64,000 nt of DNA from Coleofasciculus sp. D1-CHI-01 (GTDB taxonomy: Bacteria > Cyanobacteriota > Cyanobacteriia > Cyanobacteriales > Coleofasciculaceae): assembly GCA_040218875.1 (NCBI GenBank), contig JAVJQP010000092.1; one strand, written 5' to 3'. Below the pieces are notes generated by a model. It was not told the origin of the DNA. It saw only the letters and a program-made list of their open reading frames with translations, and ran no database searches. Position numbers and translations under genes: made by a program. Of the stretch, positions 30,402 through 41,576 are shown piece by piece (within the stretch, counting starts at the first letter, position 1; each line of letters opens with the position of its first letter).

Positions 30402-30763
30402 TTGTAGGCAGGTTTGGTGAAAATGGGGAGTTGTTCTTTGAGATTGAACTGATAGCCGCAAATGGCGAACGTTTTGCCGTTGAAGCACTTCTAGATACGG
30501 GTTTTACCACAGGTTGGCTAGCACTTAACGCTCAGGATATCGAGGCGTTACAGTGGTCTGCGATCGCCTATGAAATCGACATGACAACGGCGCGAGGTAA
30601 TGAGCTTTTTGACCTCTATGCAGGAACGGTAATGATCGATAACCAAGAGTTTACCATTCCCGTTCACGTTGGAGAAGGACTCCCTGATATTTTAATCGGT
30701 TCTCAGTGGTTAGATAGTATCGAACTAATCGTAAAGAAACGAAAGGGTATTTTGACATTATAA
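30398..30763 (+). CDS. retropepsin-like (clan AA) aspartic protease
   Basis: The ATG at 30398 is translationally coupled to the upstream gene. It has the catalytic LLDTGFT (D-T-G) motif and the ILIGSQWL motif. About 121 aa, the single-lobe size typical of homodimeric retropepsin-like proteins. Confidence 0.65.
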   Translation: MIVGRFGENGELFFEIELIAANGERFAVEALLDTGFTTGWLALNAQDIEALQWSAIAYEIDMTTARGNELFDLYAGTVMIDNQEFTIPVHVGEGLPDILIGSQWLDSIELIVKKRKGILTL

Positions 30764-30851
30764 GTTCTGGAAAGGGAGTAAAATCAATTGTATTTTGTTG
30801 CACGGGGGGAACCAGAAAATACAGCGCTTTTGACGTTTATGGAATACAAAT

Positions 30852-30886
30852 ATGACAAATGACAAATGACAAATAACAATCAAACC
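30852..30886. repeat. STRR-like heptamer array ATGACAA x4-5 (reverse complement of TTGTCAT, a GTCATTT-type unit)
   Basis: atgacaa atgacaa atgacaa atgacaa ataacaa. It overlaps the stop of the REC-GGDEF gene. Confidence 0.9.
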
Positions 30887-31878
30887 TCAACCAAATTTCC
30901 CACCACGCGATCGCGCCCTTCTACCTTAGCTTTATACAGCGCTTGATCTGCCTCCGCAATTAGCCGCTCTGGAGTCGTTTTTGGCGGCGGAATTACTCCA
31001 GCTACACCACAACTTAAGGTGACAAACTTACTCACCCCAGACCCCTCATGCACAATCGCCCGCGACTTCAGTTTCGAGCGAATCGATTCTGCCACCTGCA
31101 TCGCACCTCTGAGGGAGGTATTCGGTAAAATCACCACAAATTCCTCCCCCCCATACCGAGCTACCACATCCGCTGGACGCTTTGCCGCTTTACGCAAAAT
31201 ATCAGCAACTTGTTTAAGACACTCATCTCCCGCTTGATGTCCATAGGTATCGTTATATGCCTTAAAAAAATCAATATCACACAAAATTAACGACAGAGGT
31301 GATTGTTCCCGCGCCAATCGTTTCCACTCCTGCTGCAACGCCTGATCAAACGCTCGACGATTGGCAATCTGAGTCAACCCATCCAAATCAACCAACCGTT
31401 GCAACTCCTGATTCATTTCCTCTAACTTCGCCTTCAGCACCCGTTCTTGCTCAATTTTGCAGTGTAACTCCGCCATCACCCAATGGGTATGCAGTAACCG
31501 ACGCACCCGTTGCCGCAGCACCGCCCAATGAATTGGTTTCGTGATATAGTCCGTAGCGCCCGCCTCGAACGCTCGGTCTACCGATTCCTGATTATTAAGT
31601 CCTGTAATCATCAAAACAGGTGGGCATTTCTGACCAAATCGTTCTTGTAACTGAGCGCAACAGGTAAACCCATCCATCACAGGCATCACCCCATCCAACA
31701 AAATAATATCGGGTAACTGTTCGGTGCAAAACGCCAGACATTGATGCCCATCCCCCACTTCTGACACCTGATACCCCTCCTGTTCCATCGCCCGACGCAG
31801 CACTAGGCGTAGGGTCTTTTCATCATCCACAATCAAAATCAGGGGAGGGTCACGGTGAAAGTCAGACTGATTCATCAT
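30880..31878 (-). CDS. response regulator receiver - GGDEF diguanylate cyclase
   Basis: REC motifs ([23 protein letters not shown]). The GGDEF domain has RYGGEEFVV. Its start overlaps the stop of the upstream kinase gene by 4 nt. Confidence 0.9.
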   Translation of the reverse strand: MMNQSDFHRDPPLILIVDDEKTLRLVLRRAMEQEGYQVSEVGDGHQCLAFCTEQLPDIILLDGVMPVMDGFTCCAQLQERFGQKCPPVLMITGLNNQESVDRAFEAGATDYITKPIHWAVLRQRVRRLLHTHWVMAELHCKIEQERVLKAKLEEMNQELQRLVDLDGLTQIANRRAFDQALQQEWKRLAREQSPLSLILCDIDFFKAYNDTYGHQAGDECLKQVADILRKAAKRPADVVARYGGEEFVVILPNTSLRGAMQVAESIRSKLKSRAIVHEGSGVSKFVTLSCGVAGVIPPPKTTPERLIAEADQALYKAKVEGRDRVVGNLVEV

Positions 31879-34800
31879 AGTTTCCTCGGATGCTCTTGTT
31901 GCAACGCAGTGACAACTCGCTCATACTCCGCATCAAACCGGGAAATCAGGGTGGAAGCATGCTCTAGGTTTCCCGTTTCCCCCAACGCTTCTAACTCAGC
32001 ACACAGTTGCGCCAAACCCGTTGCACCAATCGTCAGACTTGATGATTTCAATGCATGGGCAGATTGGTGCAGAGCATTAGCATCATCATGAGCGATCGCA
32101 TTCCGAATCGCTTGTACCCTAGGTGGGGAGTCTTCCAGATAACTGTCAATCACTTCCGCGATTAACCCCTCATAATCGTCTCCGGCAATTTCTCTTAAAT
32201 CTTGCAGCACTTGCCGATCCAAAGCAGGGGTGACACTGGAGTCTGAGGTTATTTCTGGCACAGATACGTCCTCTGAATAATCCGTTATGCTATCTCTGCC
32301 TTCTTGATCCAGCACTTGAGCATAAGTGGTTAAGGCTTGAACCAGGGCTTCCGGTCGAATCGGTTTACTGATATAGTCATTCATGCCTACTTGCAAACAT
32401 TGTTCTCGATCGCCCTGCATCGCATGAGCCGTCATGGCAATAATCCAGGGTTGGCAAGCTGACGACCATTCAGCCCGGATGCGGCGAGTTGCCTCCAATC
32501 CGTCCATTTCTGGCATCTGCACATCCATGAAAACAATCTGATAGGACTTACGACGCAGGGATTCCAGCGCCTCTTGTCCATTGTTCGCCACATCTGCGCG
32601 ATATCCTAAGCGCTGCAACATCTGGCGAGCCACCTTTTGATTGACCGCCACATCTTCAACTAGCAGAATGCTTAACGGTAACCTCTGGGCAAACTCAGCC
32701 TCAAGCCGTCCCGATGAGCGATCGCCCGGACGCACCGAAATCCGCCTACGTCCTAAAATTGCCACAAAAATATTATAAAGCTGGGATTGCTTAATCGGCT
32801 TGGTCAGAAATGCCGCAAACTTGGGCATATCATCGGGTTGATATGGGGTTTGCCGACCCACAGAACTGAGCATGACCAAGGGGAGTTGTTCATTATTCGG
32901 TAACACCTGGATTTGTAACGCTAAGGTCAAACCATCCATTTCTGGCATTTGCCAATCCAAAACCGCCAGATCAAAAGGTTCCGAATCGGCTAACCAATTC
33001 AGCGCTTGCTCTCCTGATGCGGCTGTTTTCACCTCCATTCCCCACGACTGCGCCTGTAGGGTGATAATCTGCCGATTCGTCGCATTATCATCCACTACCA
33101 GTAACCGTTTTCCTCGTAACTCCGGTTGGGGTGTATCCAACTCCGCCGTGACCGAATTGGGGTCTGATTTCACTACAATCGTGAAATAAAACGTCGAACC
33201 TTTCCCTACCTCACTTTCTGCCCACAAGCGCCCGCCCATCCGTTCACTCAAGCGCTTACTAATCGCTAAACCCAATCCTGTCCCACCATAATTGCGCGTC
33301 ATCGACGCATCCACCTGAGAGAACGGTTTAAACAACCGATTCATGCGATCGCGCGGAATCCCAATTCCCGTATCTCTGACCGTAAATTGCAGTTCGTAGG
33401 TTTCTTGGTTGTCAATCCGACTTGGATACGCTTTAATCTCCTGTCTAGGGGCTTCCCCAAGGGCGGGTTTAGTCAACTTATCGGTTTGTGGCAAAATGTT
33501 ATCGGTCAAACCCGCCCCTACACCGGATACTTCCCCAGACAACGCTCGACTCATCACCGATACCACCACTTCCCCCTGTTCAGTAAACTTCACCGCATTA
33601 CTCAGCAAATTCACCAGAATCTGTCGCAGGCGGGTAATATCACCCACCACATTGGTCGGTGTTTGGGGTTCAATTAAATAAGCGAGTTCCAATCCCTTCG
33701 CCGCCGTTTGAGAGGCAACTAAATCTAACGCTTCCTCAATACAAACATGCACATCAAAGGGGTGTTCCTCTAACTCCAATTTGCCGGATTCTATTTTCGA
33801 GAAGTCCAGAATATCATTAATAATCGTCAGTAACGCTTCACCACTACTACTAATCGTATTGGCAAAGTCTTGCTGTTGCGGCGTCAATTCCGTATCCAAC
33901 AACAACCCAGCCATACCAATCACCGCATTCATCGGCGTGCGGATTTCATGGCTCATCATTGCCAGAAACTCACTTTTTGCCCGATTAGCGACTTCGGCTT
34001 CCCGTTTCGCTTTATGTAGGGCGAGGTTCTTGAGTGTCAGTTCTTCCCGCCGTTGCTTTTCCTGTTCTAAGAGTTGAGCTTGAGCTAAAGCAATCCCAAC
34101 TTGCGCCGCCACCGCTTCTAACAGTTCAATTTCATCATTACTCCACTGACGGAAGCGATCGCATTGATGCAGGCAAATAATACCATTGGTCTGCTCCTGA
34201 TACGAAGTACGCACCGAAAGCATGGATTTAAGACCAATCTGACGGCAAAGCTGATTCCCCCCCTCTAGTTGTGGATCAGTATAAACATTCTCGGAACTCA
34301 CCGCTTGGTCTTGCGCCAGCACCGCTTGGGCGTGAGGATTGCCTAAAACTGGAATCGTTTGCTCTCGGGTTGACTCGTAACCGGGTTCTAGATACTCAGC
34401 CACCAACGGAATTTGCGGACTTGGCACGTCCAGGTAAGTATGAATCAGACAACGATTTACACCGAAAACCTGACCCACTTGCGTCGCCGCCGTCTGAAAA
34501 ATATGCTTACTGTCTAAGCTTTGGCGAATTTCTTGGGTAATTTGTTTGAGCAGCAACATCCGTTGCAATTGCCGCTCTAATAAGGTTCTGGCTTGTTGAC
34601 GTTCGATCTCATGACCCACCCACTGTGCCATGAGTTTGAGCAGTTGAGGAGACGCCGAGCGATTTTTGGCGGTGAGGGTGGGACGTTGATGGAGACTTAA
34701 AAAGCACAGCGCCCCATACACGTTTCCCGCTACCTTGACACTCGTACCCAGATAGGATTTAATTCCAAACGTGAGACAGGCTTGATGATTTGCCCATTCT

Positions 34801-37520
34801 GTATCTTCAGCCGACTCGAACGCGATCGGTTCCTTGGCGTGAATCGTTTCGCTGCAAATTGTCTGTCCTAATTCAAAGGTATCTCCCGCCTGCACCTGTC
34901 GAGGTGATTTAGGCGGAACTTGAGCTGCAATCACCAGACAGCGCCCTTGTTCAATCTGAGACACAATACCGACATCGTGACCAAAATGACGCCGCCCCAA
35001 GGCCAAGAGTCCTTGTAGGCGTTGCTCAAACGTGAGTTTGGGTGCAGCAGCCACTCGATATAAAGCCCGAATCGCGGCTTCGTCTTGGCGCTGTTGTTGT
35101 TCAATCTGTTTGCGCTCGGTAATATTACGGATAATCCCAATAATCTGATTGTCCAAAAATGGCACGAGTCGGGCTTCATAATTTTGCTCCCCTGTCTCTA
35201 AGGATAAGGAATAGTCCAGACTAACTGGGGATTGGCTCTGAATTACCTGCGCGATCGCCCCCTGAATTTTATCACTCACATCAGCAGGGAGAACATTGTA
35301 TACAGGTTCTCCCAGAAACTGTTCTGGCTCGACGTATAATTCACCCAAATTTGGGGCTTTATAGTCGAGAATGCTTCCATCTTGGCTCAAGCGAAAATAC
35401 AAATCGGGAAGGGCGTTAAAAATCGCTTGCAGTTCTGAGTTTTTCTGATATAGTTCTTCCTCGGCTTGTTTGCGATGGGTGATATTACCAAAGGTAACGG
35501 CAAACCCGTCCCCTAATTTGACGGCGGCGATTTGAAACCAAGCCTGAATTCCTTCGTGGTGGTAATGAAATTCTCGCTCAAGCGGAATCCCCGTTTCGGT
35601 TACCTGAACATAGAAATCAAACAGCCCTTCCTGGCGATTTCCCGGCATTTCCATGAGTAACTGCTGACCCATCAGTTCCTCACTCGTTCGTCCCACCATG
35701 CGTTCAGCAGCAGGATTAATCAGCAGCCATTTAAAATCAATAATCGTCCCTTGGCGATCGCGAACCGCTTCAAATGCCATCACCCCATCTAAGGAACTAT
35801 TTAAGACCCCCGATAGCAGGGATTGGGAATATTCGAGGGCGGCTTGACTTTCTTTTACATCTGTGATATCGATACAAGAACCGATATAACCGAGAAAACT
35901 ACCATCCGTGCCAAACCGAGGTACACCTGTATCTAAGAGCCAACGGTATTCCCCATCAGCGCGTCGCAGTCGGTATTCCAGGCGAAAGGCTTGGCGAAGG
36001 TTAAAGGCATGAGTATAGGTTTGTCGGCAATTCTCCTTGTCTGCTGGATGTACCGCCTCTAGCCATCCCTCGCCCAGTTCATCCTCTAAACGGCGTCCAG
36101 TAAAGTTCAACCAGGAGCGGTTGAAAAACGTACAACGTCCATCGGTTCCAGCCACCCACAACAGTACAGGCGCACTATCTGCCATCGCCCGGAAGCGGGC
36201 TTCACTCTCCCGTAAGGCGGCTTCGGCTTGCTTGCGTTGAGTTACGTCATGAGCAACACAATAAATTAATCCTTCTTCAACTAAGGCTTTCGCATTCCAC
36301 AACAGCCAACGATAGGAACCATCGGAACAGCGATAGCGATTTTCAAAGGCGATGGAATCTTTCCCCGTTGTCAGTCGTTCAGCTTCCGCCAGAGTCGCGG
36401 CGCGATCATCGGGATGAACCAATTCCAGATAGGGTTGGGCTAAGAGTTCAGCTTCACTCCACCCCAAGGTTTTTTCCCAAGCGGGATTCAGGCGTCTAAA
36501 ATAGCCATCAAACCCCGCAATACAAAGCATATCAACGGACAGGTCAAAGATGCGATCGCGTTCTTGTTCGGCTTGGCGACGTTCACTAATATCAGTTTGA
36601 ATGCCAATATAGTGGGTGAGTTTGCCATGGCGATCGCGGATGGGGGAAATGGACAATTCATTCCAGAAGCGTGTACCGTCTTGGCGATGGTTTTGTAAGA
36701 CAATGTGACAGTCTTGTTCGTTTTGCAGTGCCGCTTTTAGTTTATCTAAGCCAGGTTGTTGATGATTATCTCCTTGTAAGAAGCGACAGTTTTTTCCCAA
36801 AACCTCTTGAGCTGAATAACCGGTAATTCGCTCAAAGCCGGGATTGACGAAAATAATCGGATTATCGGGTACATTTGGATCAGTAATCAGGATACCATTA
36901 CTACTGGCTGCGATCGCCCGTTCCAACAGTTGTAAGCGCACCTCAGTCGGCTGGCGATCGCTAATATCACGAATCAGCCAGAGAATTCCCACAACGTTTC
37001 CTTCGCTATCGTTAACGACACTATTGAGGGTTTCGCTGCTAAAACTATCCCCCGTTTGGCGTTGATAGTTTATCAGTTTGGACTGATTGAAATCCGCCGA
37101 ATCCGGATTCATCGTCTGTGGATCAAACTCTTCAGGATTCGCATACAACTGCGATAAGGGTTGTCCCACTAAGGCTTCTGGTTGATACCCAAAAAGCTGA
37201 TTAAAAGCTGAGTTAACCTTAACGATAAAACCGTCTGTATCCGTAACAACTACCGCCTGAGGAATCGCTTGAAACAATGGGGCGAAGTCGGTTGGTATTG
37301 TTTGACTCAAGTGTTCTGGCGAATTGGCAAAAGCGGTAGCATTTCTTTTTCGTTGAGTTTGTCTTAAGCCAACTAAACCTATAGCCAGTAACCCGATGAC
37401 AGCGAAGACACCGCCATACATTAGCACTGGGCGAATTGGGCTGGAATCCAAAAGCCAGCCAGCTAAATTACACCAATGAATCAACCCATCGATTAACAGT
37501 CGATTGAAAAAGGGAAACAT
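31875..37520 (-). CDS. multi-PAS/GAF hybrid sensor histidine kinase with two receiver domains and a C-terminal HPt domain
   Basis: 1881 aa. It has N-terminal TM segments and repeated PAS/PAC modules (e.g. [22 protein letters not shown]). It has two GAF-like regions, the H-box [12 protein letters not shown] and the G2 box [10 protein letters not shown]. It has two REC domains ([20 protein letters not shown]) and an HPt motif [12 protein letters not shown]. Confidence 0.92.
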   Translation of the reverse strand: MFPFFNRLLIDGLIHWCNLAGWLLDSSPIRPVLMYGGVFAVIGLLAIGLVGLRQTQRKRNATAFANSPEHLSQTIPTDFAPLFQAIPQAVVVTDTDGFIVKVNSAFNQLFGYQPEALVGQPLSQLYANPEEFDPQTMNPDSADFNQSKLINYQRQTGDSFSSETLNSVVNDSEGNVVGILWLIRDISDRQPTEVRLQLLERAIAASSNGILITDPNVPDNPIIFVNPGFERITGYSAQEVLGKNCRFLQGDNHQQPGLDKLKAALQNEQDCHIVLQNHRQDGTRFWNELSISPIRDRHGKLTHYIGIQTDISERRQAEQERDRIFDLSVDMLCIAGFDGYFRRLNPAWEKTLGWSEAELLAQPYLELVHPDDRAATLAEAERLTTGKDSIAFENRYRCSDGSYRWLLWNAKALVEEGLIYCVAHDVTQRKQAEAALRESEARFRAMADSAPVLLWVAGTDGRCTFFNRSWLNFTGRRLEDELGEGWLEAVHPADKENCRQTYTHAFNLRQAFRLEYRLRRADGEYRWLLDTGVPRFGTDGSFLGYIGSCIDITDVKESQAALEYSQSLLSGVLNSSLDGVMAFEAVRDRQGTIIDFKWLLINPAAERMVGRTSEELMGQQLLMEMPGNRQEGLFDFYVQVTETGIPLEREFHYHHEGIQAWFQIAAVKLGDGFAVTFGNITHRKQAEEELYQKNSELQAIFNALPDLYFRLSQDGSILDYKAPNLGELYVEPEQFLGEPVYNVLPADVSDKIQGAIAQVIQSQSPVSLDYSLSLETGEQNYEARLVPFLDNQIIGIIRNITERKQIEQQQRQDEAAIRALYRVAAAPKLTFEQRLQGLLALGRRHFGHDVGIVSQIEQGRCLVIAAQVPPKSPRQVQAGDTFELGQTICSETIHAKEPIAFESAEDTEWANHQACLTFGIKSYLGTSVKVAGNVYGALCFLSLHQRPTLTAKNRSASPQLLKLMAQWVGHEIERQQARTLLERQLQRMLLLKQITQEIRQSLDSKHIFQTAATQVGQVFGVNRCLIHTYLDVPSPQIPLVAEYLEPGYESTREQTIPVLGNPHAQAVLAQDQAVSSENVYTDPQLEGGNQLCRQIGLKSMLSVRTSYQEQTNGIICLHQCDRFRQWSNDEIELLEAVAAQVGIALAQAQLLEQEKQRREELTLKNLALHKAKREAEVANRAKSEFLAMMSHEIRTPMNAVIGMAGLLLDTELTPQQQDFANTISSSGEALLTIINDILDFSKIESGKLELEEHPFDVHVCIEEALDLVASQTAAKGLELAYLIEPQTPTNVVGDITRLRQILVNLLSNAVKFTEQGEVVVSVMSRALSGEVSGVGAGLTDNILPQTDKLTKPALGEAPRQEIKAYPSRIDNQETYELQFTVRDTGIGIPRDRMNRLFKPFSQVDASMTRNYGGTGLGLAISKRLSERMGGRLWAESEVGKGSTFYFTIVVKSDPNSVTAELDTPQPELRGKRLLVVDDNATNRQIITLQAQSWGMEVKTAASGEQALNWLADSEPFDLAVLDWQMPEMDGLTLALQIQVLPNNEQLPLVMLSSVGRQTPYQPDDMPKFAAFLTKPIKQSQLYNIFVAILGRRRISVRPGDRSSGRLEAEFAQRLPLSILLVEDVAVNQKVARQMLQRLGYRADVANNGQEALESLRRKSYQIVFMDVQMPEMDGLEATRRIRAEWSSACQPWIIAMTAHAMQGDREQCLQVGMNDYISKPIRPEALVQALTTYAQVLDQEGRDSITDYSEDVSVPEITSDSSVTPALDRQVLQDLREIAGDDYEGLIAEVIDSYLEDSPPRVQAIRNAIAHDDANALHQSAHALKSSSLTIGATGLAQLCAELEALGETGNLEHASTLISRFDAEYERVVTALQQEHPRKL

Positions 37521-38465
37521 ACAAACAAACTCTACCGAGTGGAGAAACTTGGGCTTATTTCAGTCAGCGATAACGATAAAGGGACTGAACATAAGGATTC
37601 AGGGTAGTAAGCTGTTCGGCATTTAAACCATAATGTCAAGAATTGCGAAATCCTTGTAGTGCGAGCATCTTGCTCGCTACCCATTCCCAATTTAAATGCG
37701 TGACAGCTTACACGCGGACGCCAGAAAAACCGACTATTCAAATCAGTGAACTGAGTCATGGCAAAATGTTTTTGACGTTTGACGTCCAAGATCGTGCGGT
37801 ACTAAGGTAATGCAGTGACAGTTTTCCTCCCCATATCCCAGAGTCAAAGTTACGATTTTTTCTGACTTTAGAAACATCCCTGTTGCAAAAGCGGGTCGGT
37901 TATATCTGCCATGCATAGAGTTGAACACTTAACTAGCTTATCTACCCACAACTAGACTGCAAAGCTCTGCGTAGTTTTTCCTGATTTGTCGGGCTAAACT
38001 GCAAAAAAAATTAAAAAAAATTTACGTATTGATTAGGAAATTAATAAATTATAACATCAGCATTAAATGGCAAAAAAGTCAAATAGTTTGTAGTTTTCCT
38101 AGAGGAATTTACCACTCAATGCAGCAACAAAAATCGAGAGTGGCAAGCCGTCTCTTGATTGTGCCTAATCTGACTGAAAACGATTAGTCGTGTTCTAGAC
38201 ATTCAGCTACTTTGCCGCTACCCACTTCAGAATTCGTTTATTAATGATTCCTCCAGGTTAATGGCAAGGTGAGAAAAAATAGAACAGCTTAATTTCTATA
38301 ATAAACGATCAAGCACGCTATTGAAATACTCGGTGGCGCTATCTGGGCTAAATCAAGACAGTCATAGACGTGGCTGTGCCAGAGTTTTCAGTATGCTAAC
38401 TTAGCTAGGGACTCGCAAAAGCGCGTATACTCAACCCTGAGAATCCTCGACGACAGTGAAAGCCC

Positions 38466-38897
38466 ATGCAAATCTATACCAGGCAATTGCGGGTGCGGCA
38501 TTATGAAATTGATGTCCTCGGACATGTCAACAATGGTGTTTACCAGAATTATCTTGAACAAGCCGCCGTGGAACACGCCCAACTCCTGGGTTACTCCTTG
38601 GCACAATGCCGAAATCTAGGAGGTGTGTTTGTCATGCGTCGGATTGCGATTGACTACCTGCGTCCAGCAATGGCAGATGATACCCTAGAAATCACCACTT
38701 GGCTACAGCAGATGAAAGGAACCCGGGCAATTAGACACTATGAAATTCATCGATTGGCAGAAGTGCAACCCTTAGTCATTGCTGAAGCAATCTGGGTGTG
38801 GGTGGATGGGGTTACGATGCGCCCACGGGGAATTCCTAAAGAGATTCTGACGACTTTCGAGTCAATCCAACCCTCTGATGAGCTGTCATACACTTAA
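38466..38897 (+). CDS. acyl-CoA thioesterase, 4HBT/YbgC-like hotdog fold
   Basis: 143 aa. The N-terminal VRHYEIDVLGHVNNGVYQNYLEQA is the typical hotdog thioesterase signature. Confidence 0.8.
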   Translation: MQIYTRQLRVRHYEIDVLGHVNNGVYQNYLEQAAVEHAQLLGYSLAQCRNLGGVFVMRRIAIDYLRPAMADDTLEITTWLQQMKGTRAIRHYEIHRLAEVQPLVIAEAIWVWVDGVTMRPRGIPKEILTTFESIQPSDELSYT

Positions 38898-39007
38898 TTT
38901 TAATCCCACTCACTTAAGCTTGATTTGTTAATTTAAATTAAGCTTAATCGTTAAACCAGACTGAAATTATAGCAGTAGACACATTGATTAGGACTTTCCG
39001 AACTGTT

Positions 39008-39072
39008 GTAGAGACGTTGCATGCAACGTCTCTACCAAATGATGCGCCCTAACCGCTATGGCGGTTGCTATA
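39008..39072. repeat. 65-bp dispersed repeat element (copy 2, inverse orientation relative to 9704-9769)
   Basis: The reverse complement reads tatagcaaccgccatagcggttagggcgcatcatttggtagagacgttgcatgcaacgtctctac. It is nearly identical to copy 1 except for the palindrome loop. Confidence 0.85.
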
Positions 39073-39171
39073 TTATCCATCCAGTCGGAAGTCCTATTGA
39101 GGTAAATTTCACCAGCGAGTTAAAATTATGGCGTTTTATAGACGCATAATCGAAACAAATACATTTACAAA

Positions 39172-39948
39172 ATGCAGAAACGAAAACGTTTATTCCGGTT
39201 GGCATTATTCTTGTCTCTAGTCGCATTAGTTGTGTCACTGGTTGTCAATATCTTCCTCTTCTCGCAAGCCAAATCGTACTACCTACAACTGAACAAAACT
39301 AATCTCGATCCCCTCGGACTACAAACTTTTAGTGGGGATGCGTTAGCTGATCGTTCATCGAGTGATTCTCCAGTAACCGTTGTCTTCTTTGGTGACTCGC
39401 GAGCAGCAATGTGGGTTGAGCCAGACAATATTAACAATGTTTCTTTTATTAATCGTGGCATTGGCAGTCAAACGTCAACTCAGGTATGGGGACGTTTTGA
39501 TCAACATATTTTACCCTTACATCCCGATATTATCGTTGTGCAAGTTGGGATTAACGATTTGAAAACAATCCCGCTATTCCCTAAGCAAAAATCCACCATT
39601 ATTAGTAACTGTAAGACTAATATCCACAAGATTGTCGCTCGTGCAGTCAAACAGGATGCGACCGTTATTTTAACCACCATTTTCCCCATTGGTCCGGTTC
39701 CCCTGATTCGTCAACCGTTTTGGTCACCTGATGTCGCCAAAGCCGTTGAGGATGTCAATGCTTACCTCTACTCGCTAAAAGCCAAAAATGTCTTAATTTT
39801 AGATGCCTATTCACTTTTGGTAGAGGATCAGCAGGTTAAAAGTCAGTACATTTACGATACGTTACATATCAATCCCAGGGGGTATAAGCTGCTAAATCAT
39901 GAGTTAAAAAAAATGCTCTTGGCTGGATTAATAGACATTCATAAATAA
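39172..39948 (+). CDS. SGNH/GDSL-family hydrolase
   Basis: Signal/TM N-terminus. Block I VVFFGDSRA (GDS), block III GINDL, block V DTLHINPRGY (DxxH). Confidence 0.8.
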   Translation: MQKRKRLFRLALFLSLVALVVSLVVNIFLFSQAKSYYLQLNKTNLDPLGLQTFSGDALADRSSSDSPVTVVFFGDSRAAMWVEPDNINNVSFINRGIGSQTSTQVWGRFDQHILPLHPDIIVVQVGINDLKTIPLFPKQKSTIISNCKTNIHKIVARAVKQDATVILTTIFPIGPVPLIRQPFWSPDVAKAVEDVNAYLYSLKAKNVLILDAYSLLVEDQQVKSQYIYDTLHINPRGYKLLNHELKKMLLAGLIDIHK

Positions 39949-40141
39949 TAAGTAATAATTCAATGGGTAAGATGGGTTTAGCGAGTCAAGCAAGCCTAGC
40001 CAGTAATAATTGCTTAACTTGAGGATTGGCGGCGATTATAAAATTAGTATATCTATCCATGGGCAGAAGCTAAGGTTATCATTAGCCGCTATGATTAGCA
40101 TTTCAAGCCTATTTCGGTTTTACACTTCAAAGGAGATGGCA

Positions 40142-40498
40142 ATGTTACAATTTTTAATCAATTTTCAGCGACGGATTGGCAAAATGCTTTGGGCTTTAAG
40201 TTTAATTACTTTAATCAATCTAGGGGGTTTATTACTCCTGAGCAATCAAGCCGCGTTAGCTGACTCTGATACACCCTTGACGACTCCACCAAAAACAGAA
40301 AAGACTGAATTAGGATTGTCACAGCAAGAGAAAGAAGAAGCCTACGAAGAAGCCACAGAAGCACTGTCGAAAGATCCGAAAAAAGGGGTAAAAAAACTTT
40401 ACGAAGAGGAAAAGGAAAAGTATGAAGAATCTCAGCCTGATAAGAACGTGTTGGAAAAAGCGAAAGATATGATTGAAGGGCTAAAAAACACTGATTAA
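40142..40498 (+). CDS. secreted Lys/Glu-rich hypothetical protein
   Basis: The ATG at 40142 sits 6 nt after an aaggag SD. It has a signal-like segment LWALSLITLINLGGLLLLSNQAALA followed by a charged, low-complexity tail. Confidence 0.45.
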   Translation: MLQFLINFQRRIGKMLWALSLITLINLGGLLLLSNQAALADSDTPLTTPPKTEKTELGLSQQEKEEAYEEATEALSKDPKKGVKKLYEEEKEKYEESQPDKNVLEKAKDMIEGLKNTD

Positions 40499-40560
40499 AC
40501 GCACCTGAAAGCCCCCCAAAAAGTTATCCGGGCGACTATTCACCAGTGTTTAGTCGTCCT

Positions 40561-40770
40561 GTTTGTAGTTTGTCGTTTGTAGTAAGGGATGCGAGCCTAT
40601 CAGCGCGTCAACGTAGGAACTAACAGTTGTATAATTTAACTGTGCAAGGTTAGAGTTTGTAGTAAGGGCTTTAGCCTACTCAGCGCGTCAACGTAGGAAC
40701 TAACCTCAACGTTATATTGGCGCTAAAGCGCAACTACAAGCGCAACTACAAGCGCAACTACAAGCGCAAG
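40561..40770. repeat. REP/REPIN-like repeat block flanking the RAYT gene (left copy)
   Basis: The block starts with GTTTGTA heptamers, followed by two ~45-bp units (gtttgtagtaaggg.t...agcct..cagcgcgtcaacgtaggaactaac). It ends with an inverted arm, ggcgctaaagcgcaactacaag, plus a caactacaagcg tandem. It is about 90% identical to the block at 41367-41576. Confidence 0.85.
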
Positions 40771-40779
40771 GACAAACTT

Positions 40780-41379
40780 ATGTACAACTATCGCTACCTT
40801 ACTCCCATCCAAAAAGCTGAAATCCTTGAATACCGTAGACTTCAAGGCTTTCCTCCTCATTCTCCGCCCCATCCTTTTCAAAATAAACCTTTCTACCTGC
40901 TAACGGCGGCTTGCTACGAACACAAACCCCGTATCAATAGTATCTCTCGTCGTCAGGAACTTTTAGACCAATTATTTAAGAATTTCCTAGACGCAGGTAT
41001 TGAAATCCTCGCCTGGGTCATTTTAACTAATCATTATCATGTATTAGTCAATACCGTTGAGTTTAAGCGGGTGAGTGGTATTTTTCGCCTGATTCATGGT
41101 AGACTGGCTCGTCAGTGGAATCTAGAAGATAAGTTAAGGGGAAAAGTTTGGTATTCTTACTGCGATCGCGCGATTCGTTCGCAACGTCATTATTATGCTA
41201 CTTTAAACTATATCCACTACAATCCGGTGAAACATAATTATGTTGAATCTCCCTATGATTGGGACACAAGTAGTGTTCACTGGTATTTGCAGGAAAGGGG
41301 GCGAGAGTGGTTGAGACAGTGTTGGGTTGGATTTCCTGTTCAAGATTACGGGAAAGAGTGGGATAAGTTTAGTTTGTAG
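40780..41379 (+). CDS. REP-associated tyrosine transposase (RAYT, IS200/IS605-like Y1 HUH enzyme)
   Basis: HUH motif NHYHVLV and catalytic Tyr motif YIHYNPVKH. The preferred start is the ATG at 40780, because the 40717 TTG extension only translates the repeat as NYKR x3. The stop TAG lies inside the right repeat block. Confidence 0.85.
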   Translation: MYNYRYLTPIQKAEILEYRRLQGFPPHSPPHPFQNKPFYLLTAACYEHKPRINSISRRQELLDQLFKNFLDAGIEILAWVILTNHYHVLVNTVEFKRVSGIFRLIHGRLARQWNLEDKLRGKVWYSYCDRAIRSQRHYYATLNYIHYNPVKHNYVESPYDWDTSSVHWYLQERGREWLRQCWVGFPVQDYGKEWDKFSL

Positions 41380-41576
41380 TTTGTAGTTTGTAGTAAGGGA
41401 TGCGAGCCTACTCAGCGCTTCAATGTAGGATCTAACAGTTGTATGATTTAACTGTGCAAGGTTAGAGTTTGTAGTAAGGGATGCGAGCCTATCAGTACTT
41501 CAATGTAGGATCTAACCTCAACGTTATACCGGCGCTAAAGCGCAACTACAAGCGCAACTACAAGCGAAATGTAAAC
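41367..41576. repeat. REP/REPIN-like repeat block flanking the RAYT gene (right copy, direct orientation)
   Basis: Same internal organisation as 40561-40770, with scattered substitutions (cagcgcttcaatgtaggatctaac versus cagcgcgtcaacgtaggaactaac). Confidence 0.85.

Noticed and set aside
37532-37928. Small ORFs (85 aa and 61 aa) in the large spacer upstream of the kinase gene.
   Set aside because: They have no start context, no motifs, and overlapping frames. They are treated as non-coding pending expression data.
40717-40779. N-terminal extension of the RAYT ORF translating as NYKRNYKRNYKR from a TTG start.
   Set aside because: It is simply the CAACTACAAGCG tandem repeat of the flanking REP block read in frame. 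The ATG at 40780 gives a normal RAYT N-terminus.
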